From assembly GCA_963700555.1 (NCBI GenBank), contig CAVOXZ010000011.1:306243-370242 (forward strand): a DNA stretch of 64,000 nt, written 5' to 3'. How positions within the stretch are numbered: position 1 is the first letter of the stretch; every line of letters begins with the position of its first letter. Positions 48,063-57,912 of the stretch are shown here, in pieces. Source of the DNA: an uncultured Chloroflexia bacterium (GTDB lineage: Bacteria > Chloroflexota > Limnocylindria > Limnocylindrales > CSP1-4). The notes below the pieces were generated by a model. It ran no database searches. It was not told the DNA's origin and was given only the letters and a program-made list of their open reading frames with translations. Position numbers and translations under genes: made by a program.

Positions 48063-49406
48063 ATGACCGCCGAGCCCGCTCCGAACCCCCACTGGCGGCG
48101 TCACGTCGTGACCTTCATCGGTGGCCAGACGGTCAGCCTGTTCGGGTCGATGCTCGTCCAGTACGCCGTGTTCTGGTACCTGGCGATCGCGTTCCAGTCC
48201 GGCGTGATCATGACGCTCGCGGCCGTGTTCGGCTTTCTGCCCCAGGCCGTGGTCTCGGTGTTTGCCGGCGTATGGGCGGACAGAACCAACCGCAAGTGGC
48301 TGATCATGGGCGCCGACGCCGCGATCGCCCTGTCCACGCTCGCCCTGGCGCTGATCCTGCTCGCGGGCTACGCGGAGCCCTGGGTCATCTTCGCGACGCT
48401 CGCTGCTCGCTCAGCAGGGGCCGGGGTCCAGACGCCGGCGGTCTCATCGCTGATCCCGCAGATCACGCCCGCCAGCCAGCTGATGCGCGTCAACGGATTT
48501 CTCGGCTCGTCGCAGTCCGCGCTCGCGCTCATCGGTCCGGCCGTCGCCGGCGGGATCTACGCCTGGGCAGCGGCCGACTCCGACGGCTCGCCGCTGGCGC
48601 TGCTGCCGATCTTCGCCATCGACATCGTGACTGCGGTGACGGGGATTGCTCTGCTCGCGACGATCCCGGTCAAGGCGGTTCGCACCGCGGCCGAGGCGGC
48701 GACGGGCTACCTCGACGACCTGGTCGAGGGCGTGCGCTACGTCGCCGGCCACGGCTTCGTGCGCTGGCTGCTGATCGTGTACGCGATCGTGTTCGTGCTC
48801 GCGGTCGCGCCCTCGAACCTCACCCCGCTCATGGTGGTCCGTTCCTTCCCGTCGGACGAGCAGGGGAACGTGGTCAACCTCGCGATCCTCGAGATGGCGT
48901 TCAGTGTCGGCATGGTGGGCGGCGGGATCCTCGTGGCGACGCTGGCCGGTGGCTGGAACCGCATCGCCCTGATCGCGGGGTCGTCGCTGGTCTTCGGTGT
49001 GCTGTCGATCGGGCTGGGGCTCGCGCCGAACCTGTGGGTCTTCTTCGCGATCATGCTGCTGGTCGGGGTCGCGGTCCCGTTCTTCTCGACGCCGTCGATG
49101 ACCCTGCTCCAGGAGACCGTCGAGCCGGAGCGCCAGGGTCGGGTGTTCGGCTTCGTCGGGATCGTGATGGCGCTTGCGATGCCGATCGGGATGCTGGTCT
49201 TCGGGCCGCTGGCGGACGCGGTGCGGATCGAGACGATCCTGGTGGGCGCCGGCATCCTGATGTTCGTGGTCATCGGGCTCGCGCTGGGGCTGCCGGCGGG
49301 GCGTCGAGCCGTGGCCGCTGCCAACGCGGCATCCGCGGCGGCGATCGCGGCGACGGCGACGCCGGTGGGCGTGCCGGGGACAGATCCCGAGTCGCCGTCG
49401 GCCTAG
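48063..49406 (+). CDS. MFS transporter (drug:H+ antiporter-like)
   Basis: 12-TM MFS with GVWADRTNRKWL loop motifs. The track ORF N-terminus at 47625 is out-of-frame overlap. Confidence 0.8.
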   Translation: MTAEPAPNPHWRRHVVTFIGGQTVSLFGSMLVQYAVFWYLAIAFQSGVIMTLAAVFGFLPQAVVSVFAGVWADRTNRKWLIMGADAAIALSTLALALILLAGYAEPWVIFATLAARSAGAGVQTPAVSSLIPQITPASQLMRVNGFLGSSQSALALIGPAVAGGIYAWAAADSDGSPLALLPIFAIDIVTAVTGIALLATIPVKAVRTAAEAATGYLDDLVEGVRYVAGHGFVRWLLIVYAIVFVLAVAPSNLTPLMVVRSFPSDEQGNVVNLAILEMAFSVGMVGGGILVATLAGGWNRIALIAGSSLVFGVLSIGLGLAPNLWVFFAIMLLVGVAVPFFSTPSMTLLQETVEPERQGRVFGFVGIVMALAMPIGMLVFGPLADAVRIETILVGAGILMFVVIGLALGLPAGRRAVAAANAASAAAIAATATPVGVPGTDPESPSA

Positions 49407-49413
49407 CTGCTCC

Positions 49414-50188
49414 ATGGTGGCGGGTGCTCCAGGTGGCCGAGGCCGCTACGATCGATCCGTGCCCATCACGGACCCCGTCGGCGCCGCTCGCGCCGCGAGC
49501 GACCTGCCCGCCCTCGACGCGTCGATCGCGACCTGCTCCGCCTGCCCGCGGCTCGTCGCCTGGCGCGAGGCGCAGGCCACGGTCAAGGTCGCCCGCTTCC
49601 GCGACGAGACCTACTGGGGACGCCCGGTTCCCGGCTACGGCGACCCGCGGGCACGGATCCTGCTGGTGGGCCTGGCGCCGGCTGCCCACGGCGGCAATCG
49701 CACCGGGCGCGTGTTCACCGGCGACGCCTCCGGCGACTTCCTGTGGCGCGCCCTCCACGCCGTCGGGCTCGCGGACCGTCCCGCGAGCCGGCGCGCGGAC
49801 GACGGCCTCGAGCTCCGAGGCGTCCGTGTCGTCGCCGCCGTCCGGTGCGCCCCACCGGCCAACAAGCCGACCCCCGCTGAGCAGGCGGCCTGCCGGCCCT
49901 ACCTCGTGCGCGAGATCGAACTCCTCACGGACCTGCGGGTGATCGTCCCGCTGGGCGCCATCGCGCTGGGACGCGACGCTCCGGTCGCTCGCGGGCCTGG
50001 GGCTCGTCGTGCCCGCCCCGAAGCCGCGGTTCGCCCACGGCGCGGAGGCGGTCATCGGCCCGTACGCGCTCGTCGGGACCTACCACCCCAGCCAGCAGAA
50101 CACCTTCACCGGCCGCCTGACGCCCCCGATGATGGAAGCCGTCTTCCTGCGCGCAGCGACGCTCGCCGCGCTCGGCGCCTCCGGATAG
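49414..50188 (+). pseudogene. udg: Uracil-DNA glycosylase (family 4/5 type) with an apparent +1 frameshift near 49966
   Basis: The N-terminal part (frame 1) reads ...TCSACPRL...GYGDPRARILLVGLAPAAHGGNRTGRVFTGDASGDFL...IVPLGAIA. The C-terminal part continues in frame 2 as WDATLRSLAG...ALVGTYHPSQQN (HPS motif) up to TAG 50186-50188. A single extra nucleotide in gcgCtgg would cause this. Confidence 0.55.
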
Positions 50189-50209
50189 CCGATAGACTCA
50201 CGCTCGCCC

Positions 50210-51326
50210 ATGACCGCCGAACGCGACTTCTACGAGGTGCTGGGCGTCGAGCGCTCAGCGTCCGACGCCGAGATCAAGCGCGCCTTCCGCAAGCTCGCCC
50301 AGCAGTGGCACCCGGACGTGAACGCGGACGGCGAGGCGCAGCAGCGGTTCAAGGAGATCAACGAGGCGTACCAGGTCCTCTCCGACCCGCAGCGCCGCCA
50401 GAGCTACGACATGTTCGGGCGGGCAGGAGTCGGTGGCGGGGCCGGCGCGGATCCGTTCGGCGGCGCGGCGGGGTTCGGCGGCTTCTCGGACATCTTCGAC
50501 GCGGTGTTCGGCGGCGGGATGGCCGGTTCGGCGCGACGCGCCCGGCCGGCCCAGGGCTCCGACCTGCGCTACGACCTCCGGATCTCGTTCGAGGAGGCGG
50601 TCCTCGGCGTCGAGAAGGAGATCGAGTTCCCGGTTCTCGGCCGGTGTGACACCTGCGGCGGCTCGGGCGCGAAGGGGGACGCCGAACCGCTGCAATGCCC
50701 CCAGTGCAACGGACGCGGCGAGATCCGGTCGATCCGCCAGACGATGCTGGGCCAGATGGTCAACGTCACGGCATGCCCTCGGTGCCGGGGCGAGGGCAAG
50801 ATCGTGGAGAACCCGTGCGAGACCTGCCGGGGCGAGGGCCGCACGGAGCGTCGCCGCAGCCTGCGCGTGACGATCCCGGCGGGGATCGACGAGGGGCACC
50901 AGATCCGCCTCACCAACGAGGGCGAGGTCGGGCCGCGCGGCGGCCCGGCCGGCAGCCTGTACGTCGCCGTCCACGTCGCGCGCGCACGCGTCGCTCACGC
51001 GCGAGGGGACCGAGCTCTACTACGAGGCGGACCTCTCGATCGCCCAGGCGGCCCTCGGGACCCGGCTCAGCGTGCCGATGGTCGACGGCGAGGACGCCGA
51101 GGTCGAGATCAAGCCCGGTACCCAGCCGGGGACGGAGATCCGCCTCCGGGGCAAGGGTGTCCCGCACCTGCGCCGGCAGTCGGTTCGGGGCGACCTCCAC
51201 GTGATCGCCAACGTGGTCGTGCCCTCGAAGCTGTCGAAGAAGCAGCGCGAGCTGCTGGAGGCCTACGCGAAGGAAGCGGGCGAGACGGTCTCTGGGCCCG
51301 GGCTGCGCGAGAAGCTGGGCCTGTAG
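50210..51326 (+). CDS. dnaJ: Molecular chaperone DnaJ, with an apparent +1 frameshift near 50980 inside a gcgcgcgcacgcg run
   Basis: The J-domain (HPD: QWHPDVN), G/F region and four CxxCxGxG zinc-finger repeats read in frame 2 up to ...SLYVAVHVA. The conserved C-terminal domain ([20 protein letters not shown]...[24 protein letters not shown]) continues in frame 0 as the separate track ORF 51072-51326. Confidence 0.8.
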
Positions 51327-52360
51327 TGGGCGGGGGAGCCCCCGAGCCTTCTTCGCCGCTCGCCGGCGCCGGAGCGGTCGACGGACTGGACCTCGATGCG
51401 GCGGCCGCCACGCCCGGCGCCTGGCTGGAGCTCTCGGTGGCGGCGGACCACGAAGCGGTCGAGGCCGTGTCGGAGATCCTGTCCCGGGCCGCGCCCGGCG
51501 GCACCAGCGTGGAGCCGGCGTTCGAGCTGGTGGAGGAGGGGCTCGCGGCTCGCGTGGACCTCGCCCGGCCAGCCCTGGTGCGCGCCCACCTGCCGCTGCT
51601 CGATCTCGGAGCCATTCGCGATGCCGTCGCCCGCGTCGAGCGGGACCTGGGGCACCTGCAGGCGTTCGGGCTGCGGCCGATCGGCGACCTCTCCGCCACG
51701 ATCGTCCACGAGGCGGACTGGGCAAACGCCTGGAAGGCGCACTTCCCGGTGCTGCGAATCGGGCGCCGGATCGTGATCCGGCCGACCTGGCGTCGCCACC
51801 GACGACAGCCTGGCGACGTCGTCCTGGCGCTGGACCCGGGGATGGCGTTCGGGACAGGCCTCCATCCCACGACGCGGCTGTGCCTCGCTGCGCTCGAGGG
51901 GCTCGCGGACCGGGGGGTGCTCACGGGGGGCGCGGCCGACGGCGGGCCGACACGCGTGCTCGACGTGGGATCAGGCTCCGGGATCCTCTCGATCGCCGCG
52001 GCCAAGCTGGGCGCGCGCGGGGTCCTGGCCGTCGATGTCGATCCGATCGCGGTGGAGGCATCCGCGGCCAACGCTCGCCGGAACCGGCTGGCCCGCGTGA
52101 TCCGCGCCCGGGAAGGGAGCGCTCCGACCGGCGAGGGCCCGTTCGACGTGATCCTGGCGAACCTGATCGCGTCGCTGCTGGTCACGCTCGCCGACGGGCT
52201 CGTCGCGGATCTGCGTCCGGGTGGCGTCCTCCTCGCGTCGGGGATCTTCGCCAACCGCGAGGCCGATGTCGTGGCGGCGTTCGAGGCGCGTGGCCTGGTC
52301 ATCGACCGGCGCTGGGACGAGGGCGACTGGGTGGCGCTGGAGGCCCGCCTCAGGGCCTGA
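51326..52360 (+). CDS. prmA: Ribosomal protein L11 methyltransferase
   Basis: PrmA motifs ([37 protein letters not shown]). The GTG start overlaps the dnaJ stop by 1 nt. It occupies the downstream part of the 50210-52360 track ORF. Confidence 0.85.
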   Translation: MGGGAPEPSSPLAGAGAVDGLDLDAAAATPGAWLELSVAADHEAVEAVSEILSRAAPGGTSVEPAFELVEEGLAARVDLARPALVRAHLPLLDLGAIRDAVARVERDLGHLQAFGLRPIGDLSATIVHEADWANAWKAHFPVLRIGRRIVIRPTWRRHRRQPGDVVLALDPGMAFGTGLHPTTRLCLAALEGLADRGVLTGGAADGGPTRVLDVGSGSGILSIAAAKLGARGVLAVDVDPIAVEASAANARRNRLARVIRAREGSAPTGEGPFDVILANLIASLLVTLADGLVADLRPGGVLLASGIFANREADVVAAFEARGLVIDRRWDEGDWVALEARLRA

Positions 52361-52435
52361 TCGCGTTCCTGCGCTACGATCCGTCCACCCCACGGCGGAC
52401 CCATCCCGACGCCGGGCCACCACGACCAGCAGCTG

Positions 52436-52924
52436 ATGCCTGACCTGTCCAGCCTCTTCCCGTTCATCCTCGCGACGCACATCACGCTCGCGATCGCGCT
52501 GTTCGTGCCCAGCCTCCTGCTGCCCTTCACGCTCCGCAACCGGCTGGTCAGCCCTGGCTACCAGGCGCCGGACCCGGGGCGGTTCGTCCGGTCCCTGCTG
52601 TGGGTCCAGGCGCACGGGACCATCGTGATCGGGGCCGGTCTGGCGCTGACCGGCGGCGCGATGATCGTGGTGCTCGGCCCCCGGATGCTCGAGCAGCCGT
52701 GGCTGCTGGTCTCGCTCGCCACGTACGGCGTCACCGCGGTGGTCGCGTTCGCCGTGCAGCGTCCGACCCTCCGGCGCCTGGTCCGTCGTGACCGGATCGA
52801 GAGCGACCAGGAACGGGAGGCATGGCGGGCGAAGGCCCGCCGCCAGCGATACGTCGCCTACGGGATCACCACGGCGGTTGGCCTGATCGCCTTCCTGATG
52901 TCCACGAAGCCGACGCTGTGGTGA
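52436..52924 (+). CDS. Small integral membrane protein (DUF2269-like, 4 TM)
   Basis: 162 aa and hydrophobic. No catalytic motifs. Confidence 0.55.
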   Translation: MPDLSSLFPFILATHITLAIALFVPSLLLPFTLRNRLVSPGYQAPDPGRFVRSLLWVQAHGTIVIGAGLALTGGAMIVVLGPRMLEQPWLLVSLATYGVTAVVAFAVQRPTLRRLVRRDRIESDQEREAWRAKARRQRYVAYGITTAVGLIAFLMSTKPTLW

Positions 52925-54477
52925 CCCCGGGCACGGTCGCGCGGCGGGCACCCGCTGCGGCCGCCACCACCCAGCCCACCCATCCGCGCTCGGCGGCGAT
53001 CGTCAACCTCGGCTGCAAGGTCAACCAGTCCGAGATGGAGGCGGCCTCCCGGCTGCTGCGCGAGGCCGGCATCCCGCTGGTGGATCCGGCCCGGGGCGCA
53101 GACCTCTTCCTCGTCAACACCTGCACGGTGACCGCCACCGCCGACGAGAAGTCCCGGAGTGCCGTCCGCCGTGCCCGGCGCGCGAACCCGGACGCCCATG
53201 TCGTCGTGACGGGCTGTGCGGTCCAGGTGGACCCGGAGATGTTCACATCCGTCGATGCCACCGCACGCCTGGTGCCCAACGAGGACAAGGCCGCGTTCCT
53301 GTCGGAGCTCGAGGCCCTCCTCCGTGTTGACGATCACGCAGACGACGCGCCCCACGCCCCGCTCGATGCCGCCCTGCCCACCCTGTCCGGGGTGGAGGCC
53401 GTCGTCGCCGTCTCGCTGGACGGGGCGGCCGACGACCGGGCATCGGTGGAGCGGACCCGGGCCTTCGTCAAGGTCCAGGACGGCTGCTCGTTCCACTGCA
53501 CCTACTGCATCATCCCGCGGGCCAGGGGGGCAGAGCGGAGCCTGACGCCGGAGGTCGTCCTTGCCGACGTGGGTCGCGCGCTTGCAGCCGGCCACCGTGA
53601 GATCGTGCTCACGGGGATCAACATCGGCACGTACGACGGCGGCTGGTCCGAGCGCGGCGCCCGCGGATCCCACGTGGCCAGCGCCCTGACCCTCGCCGGG
53701 CTGGTCCGGCGCATCCTCGACGAGACCGCGGTCGAGCGGATCCGCCTCAGCTCCATCGAGCCCCAGCACGTGGACGACGAGCTGCTGCGCACGTGGGTCG
53801 ACGGCGCGCCCCGCACCCTGCCGCATCTCCACCTGCCGCTCCAGAGCGGCGACGATGGCGTGCTGCGCCGGATGGGCCGCCGCTATACCGCGGACGAATA
53901 CGCGGGGATCGTGGATCGGGTCCGTGCTGCCATCCCCGGGGTCGCGGTCCATGCCGACGTCATCGCCGGCTTCCCCACCGAGGACGACGACGCCTTTGCT
54001 CGCTCGGTCGCCTTCGTCCGCGATCTCGGGCCCGCCGGGCTCCACGTGTTCCGCTATAGCCCCCGCCCCGGGACCCCGGCGACCCGGATGGCCGGCCAGG
54101 TCCCGGAGCGCACGAAGAAGCGGCGCGCCGCGGAGCTGCTCGCCCTCGGGGCCGAGACGAAGACCGCATCCGCGCGCCGCAGCCTCGGGACCACGACCCG
54201 GGTGCTCGTCGAGACCCGCCTGCCCGACGGGCGGTGGACCGGTCACGGGGAGGACCACGTGCTCGTGGCGGTGGCGGCCCGAAGCAGCGACCCGGCGGAC
54301 CTCGAGAATGCGATCCTGACCGTGCGCAGGAGCGCGATCGACGACGAGCTCGCTGAGCGCGTCACGGGCGAGATCCTCGAGATCGATCCCGCCCCGCGTG
54401 GGCTGCGGGCGCCACTGCCGGTCATGGCCGGGGCGACTGCCGCATCGATGCCGAACGGAGGGGCTCATGCCCGCTGA
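52918..54477 (+). CDS. mtaB: Radical-SAM methylthiotransferase of the MiaB/RimO/MtaB family (MtaB-like)
   Basis: N-terminal MTTase domain (IVNLGCKVNQSE...NTCTVT), radical SAM motif CSFHCTYCIIP, and a C-terminal TRAM-like domain. GTG start overlapping the upstream stop. Confidence 0.85.
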   Translation: MVTPGTVARRAPAAAATTQPTHPRSAAIVNLGCKVNQSEMEAASRLLREAGIPLVDPARGADLFLVNTCTVTATADEKSRSAVRRARRANPDAHVVVTGCAVQVDPEMFTSVDATARLVPNEDKAAFLSELEALLRVDDHADDAPHAPLDAALPTLSGVEAVVAVSLDGAADDRASVERTRAFVKVQDGCSFHCTYCIIPRARGAERSLTPEVVLADVGRALAAGHREIVLTGINIGTYDGGWSERGARGSHVASALTLAGLVRRILDETAVERIRLSSIEPQHVDDELLRTWVDGAPRTLPHLHLPLQSGDDGVLRRMGRRYTADEYAGIVDRVRAAIPGVAVHADVIAGFPTEDDDAFARSVAFVRDLGPAGLHVFRYSPRPGTPATRMAGQVPERTKKRRAAELLALGAETKTASARRSLGTTTRVLVETRLPDGRWTGHGEDHVLVAVAARSSDPADLENAILTVRRSAIDDELAERVTGEILEIDPAPRGLRAPLPVMAGATAASMPNGGAHAR

Positions 54478-54811
54478 CTGCCTGTTCTGCCGGATGGCCT
54501 CGGGGGAGATCCCCGTGGACAAGGTGCACGAGGACGACCTCGTGTTCGCGATCCGGGACATCAACCCCCAGGCCCCGACCCACGTGCTGGTCATGCCGGT
54601 GGCCCACGTCGGGTCGGCCGCCGAGCTGACCGAGACCCACGGCGCGCTGCTCGGCCGGCTGTTCGAGACGGCAGCGCGGATCGCCCGCGAGGCCGGCCTT
54701 GACGGCGGGTTCCGGCTGGTGGCCAACACCGGCCCGGACGCTGGCCAGTCGGTCCCGCACCTCCACATCCACCTGCTCGGCGGGCGGGCGATGGCCTGGC
54801 CCCCCGGATGA
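54467..54811 (+). CDS. HIT-family (histidine triad) nucleotide hydrolase
   Basis: CLFCRMASGEIP ... histidine triad VPHLHIHLLGG. A GGAGGGG ribosome-binding site lies upstream. Confidence 0.85.
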   Translation: MPADCLFCRMASGEIPVDKVHEDDLVFAIRDINPQAPTHVLVMPVAHVGSAAELTETHGALLGRLFETAARIAREAGLDGGFRLVANTGPDAGQSVPHLHIHLLGGRAMAWPPG

Positions 54812-55398
54812 CCGCCGCGCCCGAGCCGTCCTCGCCGCGCGCCGGCGAACGCCGTGGCGGCCCGCCCGCCTGGTTCACGCTGGTCGCCATCGCCAGCCTG
54901 CTGGTGGCGGTCGTGATCCTCGTCCTCGGGGTGATGGGCATCGGGGTCGGCGTCCGGGTGGCCGATGCGACGATCGCTCCAACCGGCCAGGCCACCGAGG
55001 TGACCCGGTCGCTGGTCGTGCGGGCGCTCGAGACAGCGTCCTTCCAGGTCCGTGACCCGCTCGCCGGCTATCGCCCCGGCGAGAGCCCCGACCTGGTCAG
55101 CGTCCCGCGCATGCTCGTCCAGGCCGTGCTGCCGGAGGACCCGGGCGCGGGCTATGTGGTGATCTACGAGCTGCCGAGCGCCGGCGAGGCCGACCGGGTC
55201 GGCGGCGAGTTCCTGCGCTACCTCGGTGGCGGCACCGGCGCAGTCCAATACCCCCGGGACGCGCGGTTCGTGCTCCAGCGCGCGGGCCCGACCCTCGTGT
55301 TCTTCGCCTGGTCCGTCGAGGCGTCCCCCGACGCACGCGTAGCCGAGCTCGCGGCGGCGCTGGAGACCGTCGGCACCGCAGTGAGGCCAGCGCCATGA
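54808..55398 (+). CDS. Hypothetical membrane-anchored protein (N-terminal TM helix)
   Basis: ATGA overlap with the HIT gene. A single TM (WFTLVAIASLLVAVVILVLGVMGI) precedes a soluble domain. Confidence 0.5.
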   Translation: MTAAPEPSSPRAGERRGGPPAWFTLVAIASLLVAVVILVLGVMGIGVGVRVADATIAPTGQATEVTRSLVVRALETASFQVRDPLAGYRPGESPDLVSVPRMLVQAVLPEDPGAGYVVIYELPSAGEADRVGGEFLRYLGGGTGAVQYPRDARFVLQRAGPTLVFFAWSVEASPDARVAELAAALETVGTAVRPAP

Positions 55399-55850
55399 CC
55401 CAGTCGTTCCGCGCCACCATCATCCAGACCGGCAAGACCGCGTGTGGCATCGAGGTCCCGGAGGCCGTCGTCGTGGCGCTCGGCGGGAGCAAGCGGCCGG
55501 CGGTGGTCGCCACGCTCGACGGGTACACGTATCGCAGCACCGTGGCGCCGATGGGCGGGGAGTGGTGGCTCGGGGTCAACTCGGAGCACCGCGAAGAATC
55601 GGGCCTCAAGGCGGGTGACGCCGTCCAGGTCACGCTTGCGCTCGACACCGCACCGCGCGAGCTGGAGATCCCGCCCGAGCTGGCGGCCGCGCTCGATGCC
55701 GCCCCGGACGCGAAGACGTTCTTCGACGGCCTCTCGTACAGCAACAGGCGGGTGTTCACGCTGTCGGTCGAGGGCACGAGCAACCCCGAGACCAGGGCGC
55801 GGCGCGTCGAGAAGGCAATCGCCCTGATGCGGGAGGGCCGCGTCAGGTAG
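55395..55850 (+). CDS. DUF1905 / YdeI-OmpD-associated family protein
   Basis: ATIIQTGKTACGIEVPEAVVVALGGSKRPAVVATLDGYTYRSTVAPMGGEWWLGV matches the DUF1905 N-terminal pattern, plus a YdeI-like C-terminal half. Confidence 0.6.
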   Translation: MTQSFRATIIQTGKTACGIEVPEAVVVALGGSKRPAVVATLDGYTYRSTVAPMGGEWWLGVNSEHREESGLKAGDAVQVTLALDTAPRELEIPPELAAALDAAPDAKTFFDGLSYSNRRVFTLSVEGTSNPETRARRVEKAIALMREGRVR

Positions 55851-56001
55851 CCGGCGTTGACTGCGAGTGATCGCTTTCGCCCTGGAGCCCCGCACTCGGC
55901 GGCGAACGTTCACTTACCGTCATCAACAGCGGAGCGGGAGATCGTGCCGGACCCGGCTCGCGTCCTGGACGCCGAAAGCGTTCACTTCGCGTCAACGCCG
56001 G
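55851..56001. repeat. Intergenic short repeats between convergent genes. An 11-bp inverted repeat ccggcgttgac...gtcaacgccgg spans about 130 bp, with an imperfect direct repeat cgttcactt(a/c)(c)cgtca(tc)aac(a)gc(c)gg at 55907 and 55979
   Basis: Seen by eye. Both repeat copies lie in a 194-bp convergent 3' gap. Confidence 0.35.
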
Positions 56002-56043
56002 GTGAGCAGGCCTGCCCGGATCCGCCAAGGTAGCTGCAAGCGG

Positions 56044-57744
56044 CTAACTTGAGCCAGCCTCCGGCAACCCGCCCGCGATCGGCAGCTGCGTCTCCACCGC
56101 AGCCCAGGCGCGGACCTCCGCTCGCTTCACCTTGAGCGTGTGGGTTCGCGGGAAATCCGCGTCCGGCCAGGGCCGCCAGCCGGCGATCCGCTGATTGGGC
56201 CCCAGCGACGCGTTGGCGACCTTGACCGCGGCATCGACCTGGCGGCGGAGGTCGTCGGCGGTGCCGTCCCCACCCGCCGCGGCGTCACCGCCCGGCCCAT
56301 CTCCGGATGCCTTGGGAGCACCCGCGGGCGCGACCGGGGCCAGCACGACGGCCTCGATCCGGCCCGGCCGGGTCTCGATGGCGACGGACTCCCGGATCCC
56401 GGCGACCCGGAGCGCGTTCTCGATGTCCTCGGGGTACACGTTGAACCCGTTGGGCAGGACGATGATGTCCTTCTTGCGGCCGTGGAGGTGGAGCCGGCCC
56501 CGCTCGTCGAGCCGCCCGAGGTCCCCGGACCGGTACCAGCCGTCGTCGGTGAAGGCGTCGGCCGTGGCCTGCGGGTTGCTCCAGTAGCCCTTGAACAGGG
56601 TGGGCCCCCGGAACTGGATCTCGCCGTCGTCGGCAAGGCGCATCTCGACGGGCTTCGGCGGCCAGCCCACGCAGCCAAGGGGATGGTCGGCCATCGTCGT
56701 GCATGAACCCGCGGCCGTCTCCGTGGATCCGTACCCCTGGAGGACGATGACCCCCACGTCTTCCCACGCCTGCTGGACGGCGGGCGGGAGGAAGGCGCCG
56801 GCGGTGGCGAACAGGCGCAGCCCGCCACCCAGCTTCGCGTGGACGCTCCGGAACAGCCACCGCCGGGCCCAGAAGGGGAGCCGGCGGGCGATCGAGCGCA
56901 TCCGGTTGAACAACGCGGTGCGTCCCTGCTTGTCGACCTCGCGCTCGACGGCGCTCCAGATCAGCTCCACGTACTGGGGCACCAGGAGCATCGTCGTGAC
57001 GCCGTGATCACGCAGGGCGTCGAAGATGACGCGTGGGCTCCGGCTCCGGACGTACAGGATGTCCGCTCCGACGTCCATCGCATAGAACAGGCTGACCGCC
57101 TGCTCGAAGCTGTGCGAGAGCGGCAGCAGGGACACCATCCGGTGCTCCATCGGCGTGATGATCCCGTGGAAGCTCTTCACCCCGGCCAGCGTGTTGTCAT
57201 GGGCGAGCATCACGCCCTTGGGGTTGCCGGTGGTGCCACTCGTGAACACGAGCTGGTAGATCTCGTCGGGCGCCGGGCGCTCCCACGTGTCGAGCTGCGC
57301 TTCCCAGTCCGCCGGGAACGCGTCGTCCGGATCCTCCGAGAGCGATTCGATGGTCGTCGTGGGGAACCGCTCCAGCCCGGCCTCACGGGGGTCCGGGGCG
57401 TCACGGCCCGTGCCCAGCAGCAGGCGTACCGCGCCCGAGACCGCGATGATGTTGGCGATGGCCCCGGAGCTCATCCGCGAGTCGAGCGGGACGTAGATCA
57501 GCCGCGCGATCATCGAGCCGTAGTACGCGGCCGGCAGCGCGGGCGTCGACGGCGACCAGGTCAGGACGCGATCGCCGGGCTTGAGCCCGAGGGCACGCAG
57601 GCGCCAGGCGGCCAGGCGGGCGCGGTACCGGACCGCTTCGTACGTCCAATGGGTGGTCGTGCCGTCGTCGAGCCGGAGGCCAAGCGCGTTGCGGGACCCA
57701 TACCGCCGGGCACCTTCATCCAGGAGGTCGAGCAGCGTCTCCAT
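56044..57744 (-). CDS. Long-chain fatty-acid--CoA ligase (AMP-dependent synthetase)
   Basis: AMP-binding motifs (FTSGTTGNPKGV, QGYGSTE, YRSGDLGRLDERGRLHLHGRKKD). Confidence 0.85.
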   Translation of the reverse strand: METLLDLLDEGARRYGSRNALGLRLDDGTTTHWTYEAVRYRARLAAWRLRALGLKPGDRVLTWSPSTPALPAAYYGSMIARLIYVPLDSRMSSGAIANIIAVSGAVRLLLGTGRDAPDPREAGLERFPTTTIESLSEDPDDAFPADWEAQLDTWERPAPDEIYQLVFTSGTTGNPKGVMLAHDNTLAGVKSFHGIITPMEHRMVSLLPLSHSFEQAVSLFYAMDVGADILYVRSRSPRVIFDALRDHGVTTMLLVPQYVELIWSAVEREVDKQGRTALFNRMRSIARRLPFWARRWLFRSVHAKLGGGLRLFATAGAFLPPAVQQAWEDVGVIVLQGYGSTETAAGSCTTMADHPLGCVGWPPKPVEMRLADDGEIQFRGPTLFKGYWSNPQATADAFTDDGWYRSGDLGRLDERGRLHLHGRKKDIIVLPNGFNVYPEDIENALRVAGIRESVAIETRPGRIEAVVLAPVAPAGAPKASGDGPGGDAAAGGDGTADDLRRQVDAAVKVANASLGPNQRIAGWRPWPDADFPRTHTLKVKRAEVRAWAAVETQLPIAGGLPEAGSS

Positions 57745-57912
57745 GGTGGCGAGATCCTAGTCGCTGCGGGTGTCGATGACGAGACCGGACCGTCATCCGA
57801 CCGCACCCGAATCGACGCCCGCAGCCTCCCGGCGTGGCACTTGCCTCGTTCGCGGGTGGCGGGCCGGGCAGTCCCCGATGGGCTGGCGGCATCGTCCTCA
57901 GCGCGGTCCGCG

